From Eledone cirrhosa (lineage: Eukaryota), in the NCBI GenBank assembly GCA_964016885.1, contig OZ024752.1, forward strand, positions 2,914,001-2,978,000: a stretch of 64,000 nt of DNA, read 5' to 3'. Position numbers and translations under genes: made by a program. Of the stretch, positions 54,001-64,000 are shown piece after piece. Under the pieces are notes generated by a model. That model worked only from the letters and a program-made list of their open reading frames with translations, was not told the DNA's origin and ran no database searches. Position 1 is the stretch's first letter. Each line of letters starts with the position of its first letter.

Positions 54001-54389
54001 ATCAGTATTTTAAGAAAAGATAAGTGAGGGGTACAATTCTTAATTTGGTTCAATTGAATATACGAATTATGTTAGTGATAATTCAACATTCGAATGGAAA
54101 AAGTCAATAATATTAGAGGTACTTCTGTTGCTAGTTAATTATGTTTAAGTTTTCATAAAATACAATCTAGCTTTCTATTATATTCTATATCTTCAGCGAA
54201 ACAATGATGTTGCAGAACGATACGGCTGTAAATATCTTTGCACAAGAGATCAAAGTTACAACTTAAACAATATTTTACATGCCGTAAATATATATTTCTA
54301 TAGTCACACCGTCATCGCATCTCTCTCTCTCTCTCTATCACTCTCTCTTTCTCTATATCTCTCTCTCTCACACACACACAAACACACAC

Positions 54390-54432
<43 letters not shown>

Positions 54433-54833
54433 CTTAAAGAATAATTAAACTAAAGGCATTGTACAATGAAATAATATATTAGTTTAACGCCTGAAACAAT
54501 AGGAAAAGTGATAGGCTCTAGTTAATATCATATGATAGAATGAGAGATGAAATTAAGAGAAACACACACCTGGTTATGATTTTACGGCACCCAGATGCAC
54601 CTATTTTTCGTTGGTAGAAGTTCCTCCGGGCTTATGGAGCGTTTCAAAATACAGGTTACTGAAAGAGGTGTGTGTGTTATCCTAGAATATCCTCACTACA
54701 AACTGTAAGGATAATGACATTCATACTTTCCCTGGGCCAACCTCATGATATAACAATGCGATTTCTTGAGCGAAAGGAATAATGTGGACATGATTTTCGA
54801 TGTTAGGCAAATGTAGGTCCTCTTCATATCCAG

Positions 54834-54900
54834 GTTGTTGACGTACATTGAGACCTCATTCTTCGAGTACAGTGACTGGTGGATGAATTACAGCAGAAAC
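54834..54900 (+). CDS. Candidate 67-nt exon (xLLTYIETSFFEYSDWWMNYSRN)
   Basis: tcctcttcatatccag| ... |gtaagt: good acceptor, perfect donor, only one open frame. Product unknown. Confidence 0.25.
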
Positions 54901-55388
54901 GTAAGTTATGCCTCACGCTGGTAGGCTCTTTAAATCCTACCCATGTCATTGATGGTGGTTGTCTGCATCTATGTTCAGCTTGTGTCACCCATATTTACCA
55001 AACTACGGATCGCATCGACTTGCATGTGTGCTTGTACATTCACGCGGAAATATGTATATAATATTCAGCGGGGATTAAATGTCTGCGTTTGCAGACACAC
55101 GTACCCACACATACGACTACATGCATAATCAGAAGCACAGTAACTGTCACTCTCTACGCTGGCCAGCTCATTTGTACCTGCACATTCAAAACTATACATA
55201 TACACATAAACAAAACACACATGAGAATTCCAAATACACAAAGATTATCTCCCTTGTAATCTGTAATTATATGATTTCCATTCTGATCTGCATTTTGCAA
55301 AATGACTGATTACTTACACGCGCGTTTTTCTTCTGCAATGATTCTTTACCGCTTACATTGTTTTCTTACTCTCGTCTGTCTTTCACTT

Positions 55389-55661
<273 letters not shown>

Positions 55662-56634
55662 TTCTATATGCTAATGAAGAACTATCTTTTGTCGAATGAT
55701 ATAAAGCGTTAAACTAACATTTATACATGTATACATATGCATAAACCCATACATGTTGGCGTGTGTATATTTATCGGTATATTTACTCTGCTAAATATTT
55801 TGAATAGCATACAAGTATTTTTATATTTATACATAAATATAAAAACATCCCAGACAAACGCACACACACATACACATATGCGTAGGCGTAAATATAGGTA
55901 TGCATATGAGTCCATATTCCCTCAACATAAAATATACAAGAAATTCACATGAGATTTTCTGAGATGCAAATCCGATAGTCGTTTACAATAATGACAATCA
56001 AATATATTCTCGATACTAATGAGAATGCACGTTAATAAAATATGAACAGATTTCCTAGTGGTGCAGTTAATTTCCAATCACTCTAAATAAATAATAAAGA
56101 AATCTGAACTGACACATACTCTTTAATTTGATTTTACAAAACTTATTCTGACAGCTTTAAATTATATATCATTTTCAAGGAAAAAATATAATGCTAACCC
56201 TACCTTGCTTCTTTATTTTGTGTTACTTTACTCGGTTTTCTTTTTTGTTTCGTATTTGGGGGTAATTATTCTTCCTTTTTTTCAGTTAATGGATAAATTA
56301 AATAGCTAAAGATTCAAGTAAACGAGCTCATTGATTCGGTGTTTAATGAAAAGTCAGATCATTCGTTTATTTGTTGTGGTTTATTATTCTTTTTTTTATT
56401 AATTCCTTTTATGTATTTTGTTTATATATCTATTCATTTAATTTTTTGTCAAACAAAATTATCTTCTACTGATGATTAGACATATCAATGAAAAATATTA
56501 ATTGATCGATTGCTTCGAAATTATAATTTTGTCTCTTTCATGTGACCAACTGGCATTCGGATTGCCTAATGCTCTGATCTGCTGTGTGTCTCGGGAGACA
56601 AGATATGTGTATGTGTGTGTGTGTGTGTGTGTAT

Positions 56635-56701
<67 letters not shown>

Positions 56702-57491
56702 TGTTCGTACCATTATTTAGTTACAAAGGTCTCCCCATTCACCAATTTGTCCTCTCTTTCTCAGTGTAAGTGCTTTATATTAATCTCTCTCCCTCTATCT
56801 CTCTCCGTTACACATTTTTTGCTCCTCTTAAACACACAGATCAACAAATCGCATTACCTTGTTATTAAAAACTCGTTTTCTCTCCGTTTTCCTTTCATCT
56901 ATGAATATACTCATACAAATACACGCACATAATTAAGATAAAGAGATTTATTAGAATCATCTCTATTTATACGCGTCGTTCTTTTACTTTGTTTATTATT
57001 TTTATTTCTCGTATTCCTTTTCCATCATCTGAATGTCCTAGACAAAATCCAATCTCTGTATATTTCTAAAACTGCCAATGTTCAAATTCACACAGTAGCA
57101 CTTTAATACACACACATACACACACCAATAACAGCACCGCCCTCACACACGCATAAACAAATTATACAAACATGTATACACACACACACACACATGAGCA
57201 AACATAGTCCACGTGACACATCGGTACACAGAGACAAGCATACATAATGTAAAAGACGGAGAACGGAAGGTTGAGATCAATATCAATTAGAATATAATTA
57301 CAGATTTGTTTACAAGAAAGCGAGGTCTAAAGTAAAACATTTTAATCAAAATAATGAAGATGCTAATTGTTTTAATAACATATGTGAGCTTTCTATTTTT
57401 AAGATTTGTCAATGCTACAGCAGAAGAAATAGGAGAAAAGAATTCCTTGAATTTGTTTTTAATTCTTTCGAATGTACATTCATTCAATGAA

Positions 57492-57670
57492 AATAATTGT
57501 TTCTACTTTAGGCACAAGGCCAGCAATTACCCAGTGCATTACTGGTACTTTTATTTTATCGACCCCGTAAGGATGAAAGGCAAAGTCAACCTCGGCTGGA
57601 TTTGAACTCAGATCGTTAAGGGCCGTAACTATGCATGGCGTCCGACCCTCCACCGATACTGCCATCCACC
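57492..57670 (-). mobile_element. tRNA-derived SINE
   Basis: Full reverse-complement copy ending ccgatactgccatccacc. Confidence 0.92.
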
Positions 57671-57705
57671 TATTTAATGAAAATAATACATGTATATATG
57701 TATAT

Positions 57706-57754
<49 letters not shown>

Positions 57755-57784
57755 AAGGAGAGATAGAGAGAAATACGTAACATC

Positions 57785-57844
<60 letters not shown>

Positions 57845-57875
57845 ATGTGGATGTATGAGTGTGTATGTGTGTGTG

Positions 57876-57937
<62 letters not shown>

Positions 57938-59040
57938 CATTTAGACGTGACATGTATTCAATCAGATTCACTTACACTGAGACAGAGCTAACATCATTGG
58001 GATTATCATTACCCTCACACCTCATGATACTAACTGAGATGTGGGGAGTTCACCATTAACCATTTCCTCGCCGCAGAGGGCCTGAAACTCTTTTCGTTGA
58101 GGGGGATGAACTGAATGTGCTAGTTGATACTTTCTGTATTTTAACTATGATATTTGTTTGGAATTGATGTTAAGTTGTATGGAATCTTAATAATGAGGAG
58201 AGGTAAATTAAAGAGAAGCAAAGGAATTATGGTAGTAACAGGTGAAATGATAAAGGACATCGACACCGTACTTGTGTGTTTTGGAGGTAAATAACATGAA
58301 TGACAACAATATGCAGATTTGATAACATCTGAATAAATGCAGAGTGTAGGGAATATACTAAAATCCCAACTGAATAGTACACAGGCCATAAGGGCAGAAC
58401 ATTCGCAAGCTGTCTCTATTAATAGGTAAACTGCTAAGAATTCTTAAATGGAATGTAAACGAGCAAAAGGAACCTTATATAAATACAAGGAAATTAAAGA
58501 CTAGTTACAACATGCTTAGTAAAGAAGATGATGTTGATTCACTGTACTGAAAGCGATCTGAAGATGGAAGAAGACTAAACAGCATGGAAGACTGCGTTCA
58601 CATGGAGAAGAGATGTCTACATACATGTATGTCTTTGGAGCAAATGCCTAAGGCTATATGGAAAACTGTAGAAATAGACCAAACGATGTCCAAGAAAGAA
58701 ATAACAATACAAAGGAAGATAAACCTGATTGAGAAAACCCTGCATAACATGTGACTTAAAGAAAAACAGAATTCAAAGATTCGCAGATATAGAAAAGGTT
58801 AAAGAAATGGGAAATTAAGAAAGTTGCAGAGTGAAAGCTACTGGCGTCACAGGAGAAACGACTTAGATCGAAGTGGATGATATACATATTAACAAAAGCA
58901 ATATATGTTTCTTTGATAGCGAGTCTCTGATATCTTTAATACACATAACCATATATATATGCTTTCATATAATCTCATAGTATACATACACAAACAGACA
59001 TATATACTCATATATACTCATATATACTCATATATATACT

Positions 59041-59550
59041 AGACCTGAAAAATGCGCAAGCTCCAAAGAACCACAGAATGTTATAATAAACCTTCAAAAG
59101 TGTGGGACTAGAGTTGTTGCTATATGGGGTCAATAAAATAAAGTACCAGTAATTTTCTGGTTAATTGCTGGCCTTGTGCCAACAGAAGAAACAATTATCT
59201 ATCGTACACTCTGGGCATCTTTTTTATAAACAATAGACTCATAACGAACTCAAGACGACACGATAATTATTTAAGCTAATGTTCTATATCTTATATTAGA
59301 TGTTTAGTAATGATTAATACGAAATGCACTTACATCGAATTCTATATTATAAATTCACTTAAATAATTATCGTCTCGTCTTGAGTTCGTTATGAGTCTCT
59401 GTTTTATAAAAGGATACCACAGAGTGTACGATAAATAATGATTACAATATTTTTGAGCAACAAATCTAGTCGAAGGTTTATTATAACACACCTTCGAAGG
59501 TTTATTATAACATTCTGTGGCTCTTTTGAACTTGCGCAAGTTTCAGGTCT
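59041..59550. mobile_element. MITE-like fold-back with a SINE 3' fragment (59125-59198) in the left arm
   Basis: agacctgaaaaatgcgcaag...ataaaccttc / gaaggtttattataac...cttgcgcaagtttcaggtct, plus inner arms 59199-59275 / 59357-59433. Confidence 0.75.
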
Positions 59551-59792
59551 TTAATATTTTTTCAGGCAACGCTTTTAATAACTCTAGTTAAACATGATAT
59601 ATATTAATAATAAATTATCGTTGTAATGTAATTAGATTATATAATTGTTATTTTATAAATTATCTTATAAATATTATTGTAAGCTGTATAAACATATTTT
59701 CAGACTTTTAATATAAACAACTACAAAAAACAATCAATATTAAATAAATATATTTTACATAATGATTGTTATACTTCAATAAATACAAATTA

Positions 59793-59890
59793 AATATTAC
59801 ATACAAATAGTCTAACATAATAATAAAAAAATAATCTAACATTATTATGTTAGATTATTTTTTATGTTAGACTATTTGTATGTAATATAT
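59793..59890. repeat. AT-rich palindrome
   Basis: atattacatacaaatagtctaacataa...ttatgttagactatttgtatgtaatat. Confidence 0.8.
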
Positions 59891-61138
59891 AAAATAGTCT
59901 AACATAAAACGAACAATAATATGGACAGGTGTGATACAACCACCATTATAAACATGTTATAACGAACTGAAAAAAAAAGTTAATATAAATTGAAAAAAGC
60001 ATATATAAATTAGTAATATAACTTAACAAAACAAGAAAAATATTTTCATTATAAACGACGAAATACAGGAGGAAGATTCGAAAGAGAAACGATACGTAAA
60101 CGTATAAACAATATGGCGGATACTTTTGAGTAACAATTACTCTCGATGGTTGATCAGCTAATAAGACGATGCAATTAGCCAATAAGACGATAAATTACAA
60201 AACATATTTGGCAGCGATCATTACCACGGCCAGCGACACCCCTTGAATTTGTAATTCACAAGCTACGCATATATGTCAGAGACACTCATACTTAAAACAT
60301 TCTGTTGTCAGTCACTGCGTGTCTAGCAGATATATATAGAGAGAGCGAGAATAGAAAACGAAAAATCAATGTAATGCATCTGAACTCAATTTATTGTGTG
60401 TTGCCGGCGGACAGATCGAGACGCGATCATTGATTGCATCTGTTTGATTCTGGACCCACAGGTTCGACAGACACGTCTATTGATTTCGGAGCGTATTCTC
60501 TCACTGGGATATCTGACCCTCTGAGCCAGTACTGTCAAAAACTTCATCCTCTTCGCGCGTCCCGTGATTGGCCGCTGGTTGTCAACGTCATCCTAATTCT
60601 GACCCCAAGTACTAGTCCGCTGACCAACAGAGCGTTAGCTGTCCCATAAATTACTGTTGTGTTTGGTTGTACACGCATCCACGCGGGCGCGCGCGCACAC
60701 ACACACAAACACACAAGCACAGAAATAATGACAGTCGTACGCATAGATTCCCGCTATACACACACATTTAAAGGAGAACATATCAACATATAAACATACG
60801 CATACATCCATCCAGAGAGGCACGTACACACACGGACGCATGCCCACCTGCCTATATACATCAACATACACACACACATACATGTGCATACACATGCATA
60901 TACGTATATATACCCGTACACACAAACACGTACGGACATATACATAGACCCACCTCCACCCACGCACACACATATACACGTACCCATATACATATATACA
61001 CACACAGATACACACTCGCTCGCAAACACACATACATACACAGAAACAAGCCCTTTCCCTTCACGGTTGCTTGTACATACACACACAGACTGGCTCATAT
61101 ATGCGCATATTCATATACACACCCACGCATGCATAAAC

Positions 61139-61186
<48 letters not shown>

Positions 61187-61450
61187 ATAAACAAAATTTA
61201 CACACAGAGTCATATAAAGATACACAATGTGACATACATGAAAGGATACATATTGTATTAAACATATACATATATAAAAAAATACACACACACACACACA
61301 CACACATATATATCTATATATATAATGTAGGAGGTGAGTTTTATTGTAGTACAATAAAGCAATGCAGATATCGGATAAGAAGCACTCTACAGTTTGTGGG
61401 ACTGGAGTATGCATAATATAAGATCAAAAGATGGTTAAAGGAGTTCAATA

Positions 61451-61521
61451 TATTTTATTATGCGCATTTCAAAAACAAACATCATCATGCAATAATATTT
61501 GTGTTTTCATCAGATAAAATA
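61451..61521 (-). ncRNA. Type I hammerhead ribozyme (minus arm)
   Basis: Exact reverse complement of 61649-61719. Confidence 0.75.
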
Positions 61522-61648
61522 GGAGAACATGATATGAAGGCTAAAAAACACTTGTGGATAGTGCAGTTTTAAATCAACATATCAACATATGTTGATTTTA
61601 AAACTGCACTATCCACAAGTGTTTTTTAGCCTTCATATCATGTTCTCC

Positions 61649-61719
61649 TATTTTATCTGATGAAAACACAAATATTATTGCATGATGATGTTTGTTTTTG
61701 AAATGCGCATAATAAAATA
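61649..61719 (+). ncRNA. Type I hammerhead ribozyme (plus arm)
   Basis: TATTTTAT CTGATGA aaacacaaatattatt-gcat-gatgatgtttgtttt GAAA TGCGCA TA ATAAAATA. Stem II is AU/GU-rich and stem III is palindromic. Confidence 0.75.
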
Positions 61720-61749
61720 TATTGAACTCCTTTAACCATCTTTTGATCT

Positions 61750-61838
<89 letters not shown>

Positions 61839-61845
61839 CATATAG

Positions 61846-62720
61846 GAATGAAAAATGGCGTGCTTCGTTGTTGCGAATATGAAGATATGAATAAAAATAG
61901 ACCGAGAAAAGTCCGTCATCAGTAGTCTGCTAATTCTCATTGATATTTCTTCGCATTAAAGACTAGATACCTAAAATCAGTGCGAGTGATAACTAAATTA
62001 AGTTATCGGGAGATGAAAGTGAATAAACAACATGGTAGTAACGCAACGTAAAGAGAGGAAAAGAGAGACGAGTCAATGAATCTCGTGGGCTTAAGTCCGA
62101 CAAATCAAATGACGAAAAGAAAACAGACACGTCCGAGCCTCGAAAAAATTGAGATAGGAAAGAATTAACGCAGGTCAGAGGGGAGGAAGTGAGAGAGGAG
62201 GAGTAGCAGAGAGTGAGTGAGTGAAAGTGTGAAGAAGGGGCCAGCTGAGAGTGTGTGACCAGCAGCGGGGATGGAGGAAAGTAAGTGGTAAGGGGGAGTG
62301 AGAAAGAGGAAAGCAGTAAGGTAACAGAAAAAGTACGAACCACAGCGAAGGGAAAATATGTGAATGAAAAATGGCGTTCTGCGTTGCTGCGAATATGAAC
62401 ATATGAATAAAAATAGACTAAGAAACAGGAAAAGTCCGTCATCAGTAGTCTGATGATTCTCATTGGTATTTATTCGTATTAAAGACTAGATAACTAAAAT
62501 CAGTGCGAGCGATAACTAAATTACGTTATCGGGACAGAGGAAAGTGAACAAACAAAATGGTAGTAACGCAACGTAAAGAGGGGAAAAGAGAGACAACTCA
62601 ATGTCCGACAAATCAAATGACAAATCAAATGATGAGAAGAAAATAAACACGTCGGTGCCACGAAAAAATTGAGAGAGGAAAGAATTAACGCAGGTCAGAC
62701 AGGAGGAAGTGAGAGGAGAG
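61846..62720 (-). repeat. Diverged tandem repeat, ~516-bp period (1.7 copies), probably PLE UTR/pLTR-derived
   Basis: gaatgaaaaatggcg at 61846 and 62362; aaagtccgtcatcagtagtctg and the following ~300 bp are duplicated; begins at (TA)n. Confidence 0.75.
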
Positions 62721-63157
62721 GAGTACGCCGTTCGTTTACTGCGGTATTCCATTTTGTATTATCGGCTCTACTGTTAGTTTCGTTAATGATATGCGGTGTT
62801 GTTGTCCGGGCTATATCATTGCTACTGGTCCGTGTGTTTCCTCTACCGGGTTCCACGGCTGTACTTGTCCTTACCTGTCCCTTGTTCTAGTTTCTGCGAC
62901 GCATCTGGTGCGCGTGCCGGGCTTCTGTCTACATGTACTGGGTATTCTTGCGCCCGTGTGTGTCTTCGTCTATCTTATTGTCGGTCTTGTGTCCTTGTGG
63001 TGATCTATGCTGCTACGCGTGTTCCTGGAAGCTACCTTTTGAAATGGCCGGAGCTTCGCCGTGAGGATCCTGAATGTGTTCATATTATCCGCACTACTAC
63101 CACATGAACGAGTACTCTGTTGAGTATGCTCTAACTTGATTTTACCACCTCTAATTG

Positions 63158-63202
<45 letters not shown>

Positions 63203-63224
63203 TCATATTATATATACATACACA

Positions 63225-63298
<74 letters not shown>

Positions 63299-63344
63299 TG
63301 TATATGTGTATATAATATGAGTGTATCTGGAAGCAGAGACATCC

Positions 63345-63457
63345 GAACATTCAGTTCGAACTAGCAGTCGAAACGGCCGGAGCGCATCCGTTGGGGTCCT
63401 GACACATTTTCCTATTATCCACTCTACTACCCTAAGTATCGAGTACTGTGGTGCGTG
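63345..63457 (+). mobile_element. pLTR 3' tail related to the 2640-6534 PLE (half HHR); a more decayed copy lies at ~62990-63130
   Basis: tagcagtcgaaacggccggagcgcatccgttggggtc...cctattatccactctactacc..aagtatcgagtactgtggtgcg parallels the pLTR. Confidence 0.7.
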
Positions 63458-63761
63458 TATATACAACTCTGCAGCGATAAAGAAGGAGAGAGTGACTTCT
63501 ACGAATCATTAAGGAATGTTCTGCATTCAGATGCACCTGTTGGAAAGCATTAGACGACGGGTAATTTACGGAGTTTGGAAATCTAAAAACACCTGTCATG
63601 AGAAACTCCAGTGTAAAAACTCTCATTATTTATCTTTAATAGAATGAACATTTAAACTCAACTCGGTAATCAGTACCCTTTCATCTCAGCAATCGAATCA
63701 TACGGATACGCACACACCTACACACACATACCCCTACACACACACAAATACACACACATAT

Positions 63762-63950
63762 ATATATATTACTAAAACAGAGAATGTATGTTTGTCTATC
63801 TGTCTGTCTGTCCAATCACTAAAACTCGAGAACCACCCAACAGAGCTGTTTCAAATTTTACACATGTAATACTTATGGTCCCCTCCGTTTTTTGAGCAAA
63901 AACGATTTCAAATTTTCAATGCCCTAGGGACTGCATTAGGCGATTTAGCT
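63762..63950 (+). mobile_element. Probable HINE/Helentron-like end
   Basis: tatattactaaaacagag...(gtct)n...aactcgagaacc...ttcaaatttt resembles a DINE-1-like terminus with a GTCY microsatellite. Confidence 0.45.
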
Positions 63951-64000
63951 ATATCTGTCTATAATTCTTAGTCTTTCTCTTTTCTTCTTCTTTTCGTATC

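Larger units (their letters stand above)
61413..61757. mobile_element. Near-perfect 345-bp palindrome made of two head-to-head HHR-bearing ~170-bp units
   Basis: By eye the arms differ by a single A; the centre is atcaacat-atcaacat-atgttgat; the right end enters (TA)n. Confidence 0.92.

Noticed and set aside
58400-58880. Possible decayed LINE 3' end
   Set aside because: Only vague similarity (RRL...CVHME, MPKA); too degenerate to call.

Overview
AT-rich, repeat-dominated animal genomic DNA. The SINE families, microsatellite load and LINE fragments resemble an Octopus (coleoid cephalopod) genome; this is an inference, not a database result. No complete host gene is recognisable, and most short ORFs in the track are microsatellite translations. 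The window contains: a nearly intact Penelope-like retroelement (RT + GIY-YIG, probably Naiad-type) with direct and inverted pLTRs; several more PLE relics; a decayed R4/Dong-like RLE LINE plus a truncated tandem copy, both inside (ACAT)n; RTE, Tx1/L1 and CR1-like fragments; about a dozen tRNA-derived SINEs; and Helentron/HINE-like ends. The most striking unexplained structure is about 14 type I hammerhead ribozyme (HHR) motifs from roughly 8-9 sequence families, read by eye. Nearly all sit in short non-coding fold-back or partial-tandem elements that end in (TA)n. Among them are a U3-A8 core variant, a ~320-nt retrozyme-like unit, and a near-perfect 345-bp palindrome encoding the same HHR on both strands. 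A few candidate host exons or pseudo-exons are noted at low confidence.
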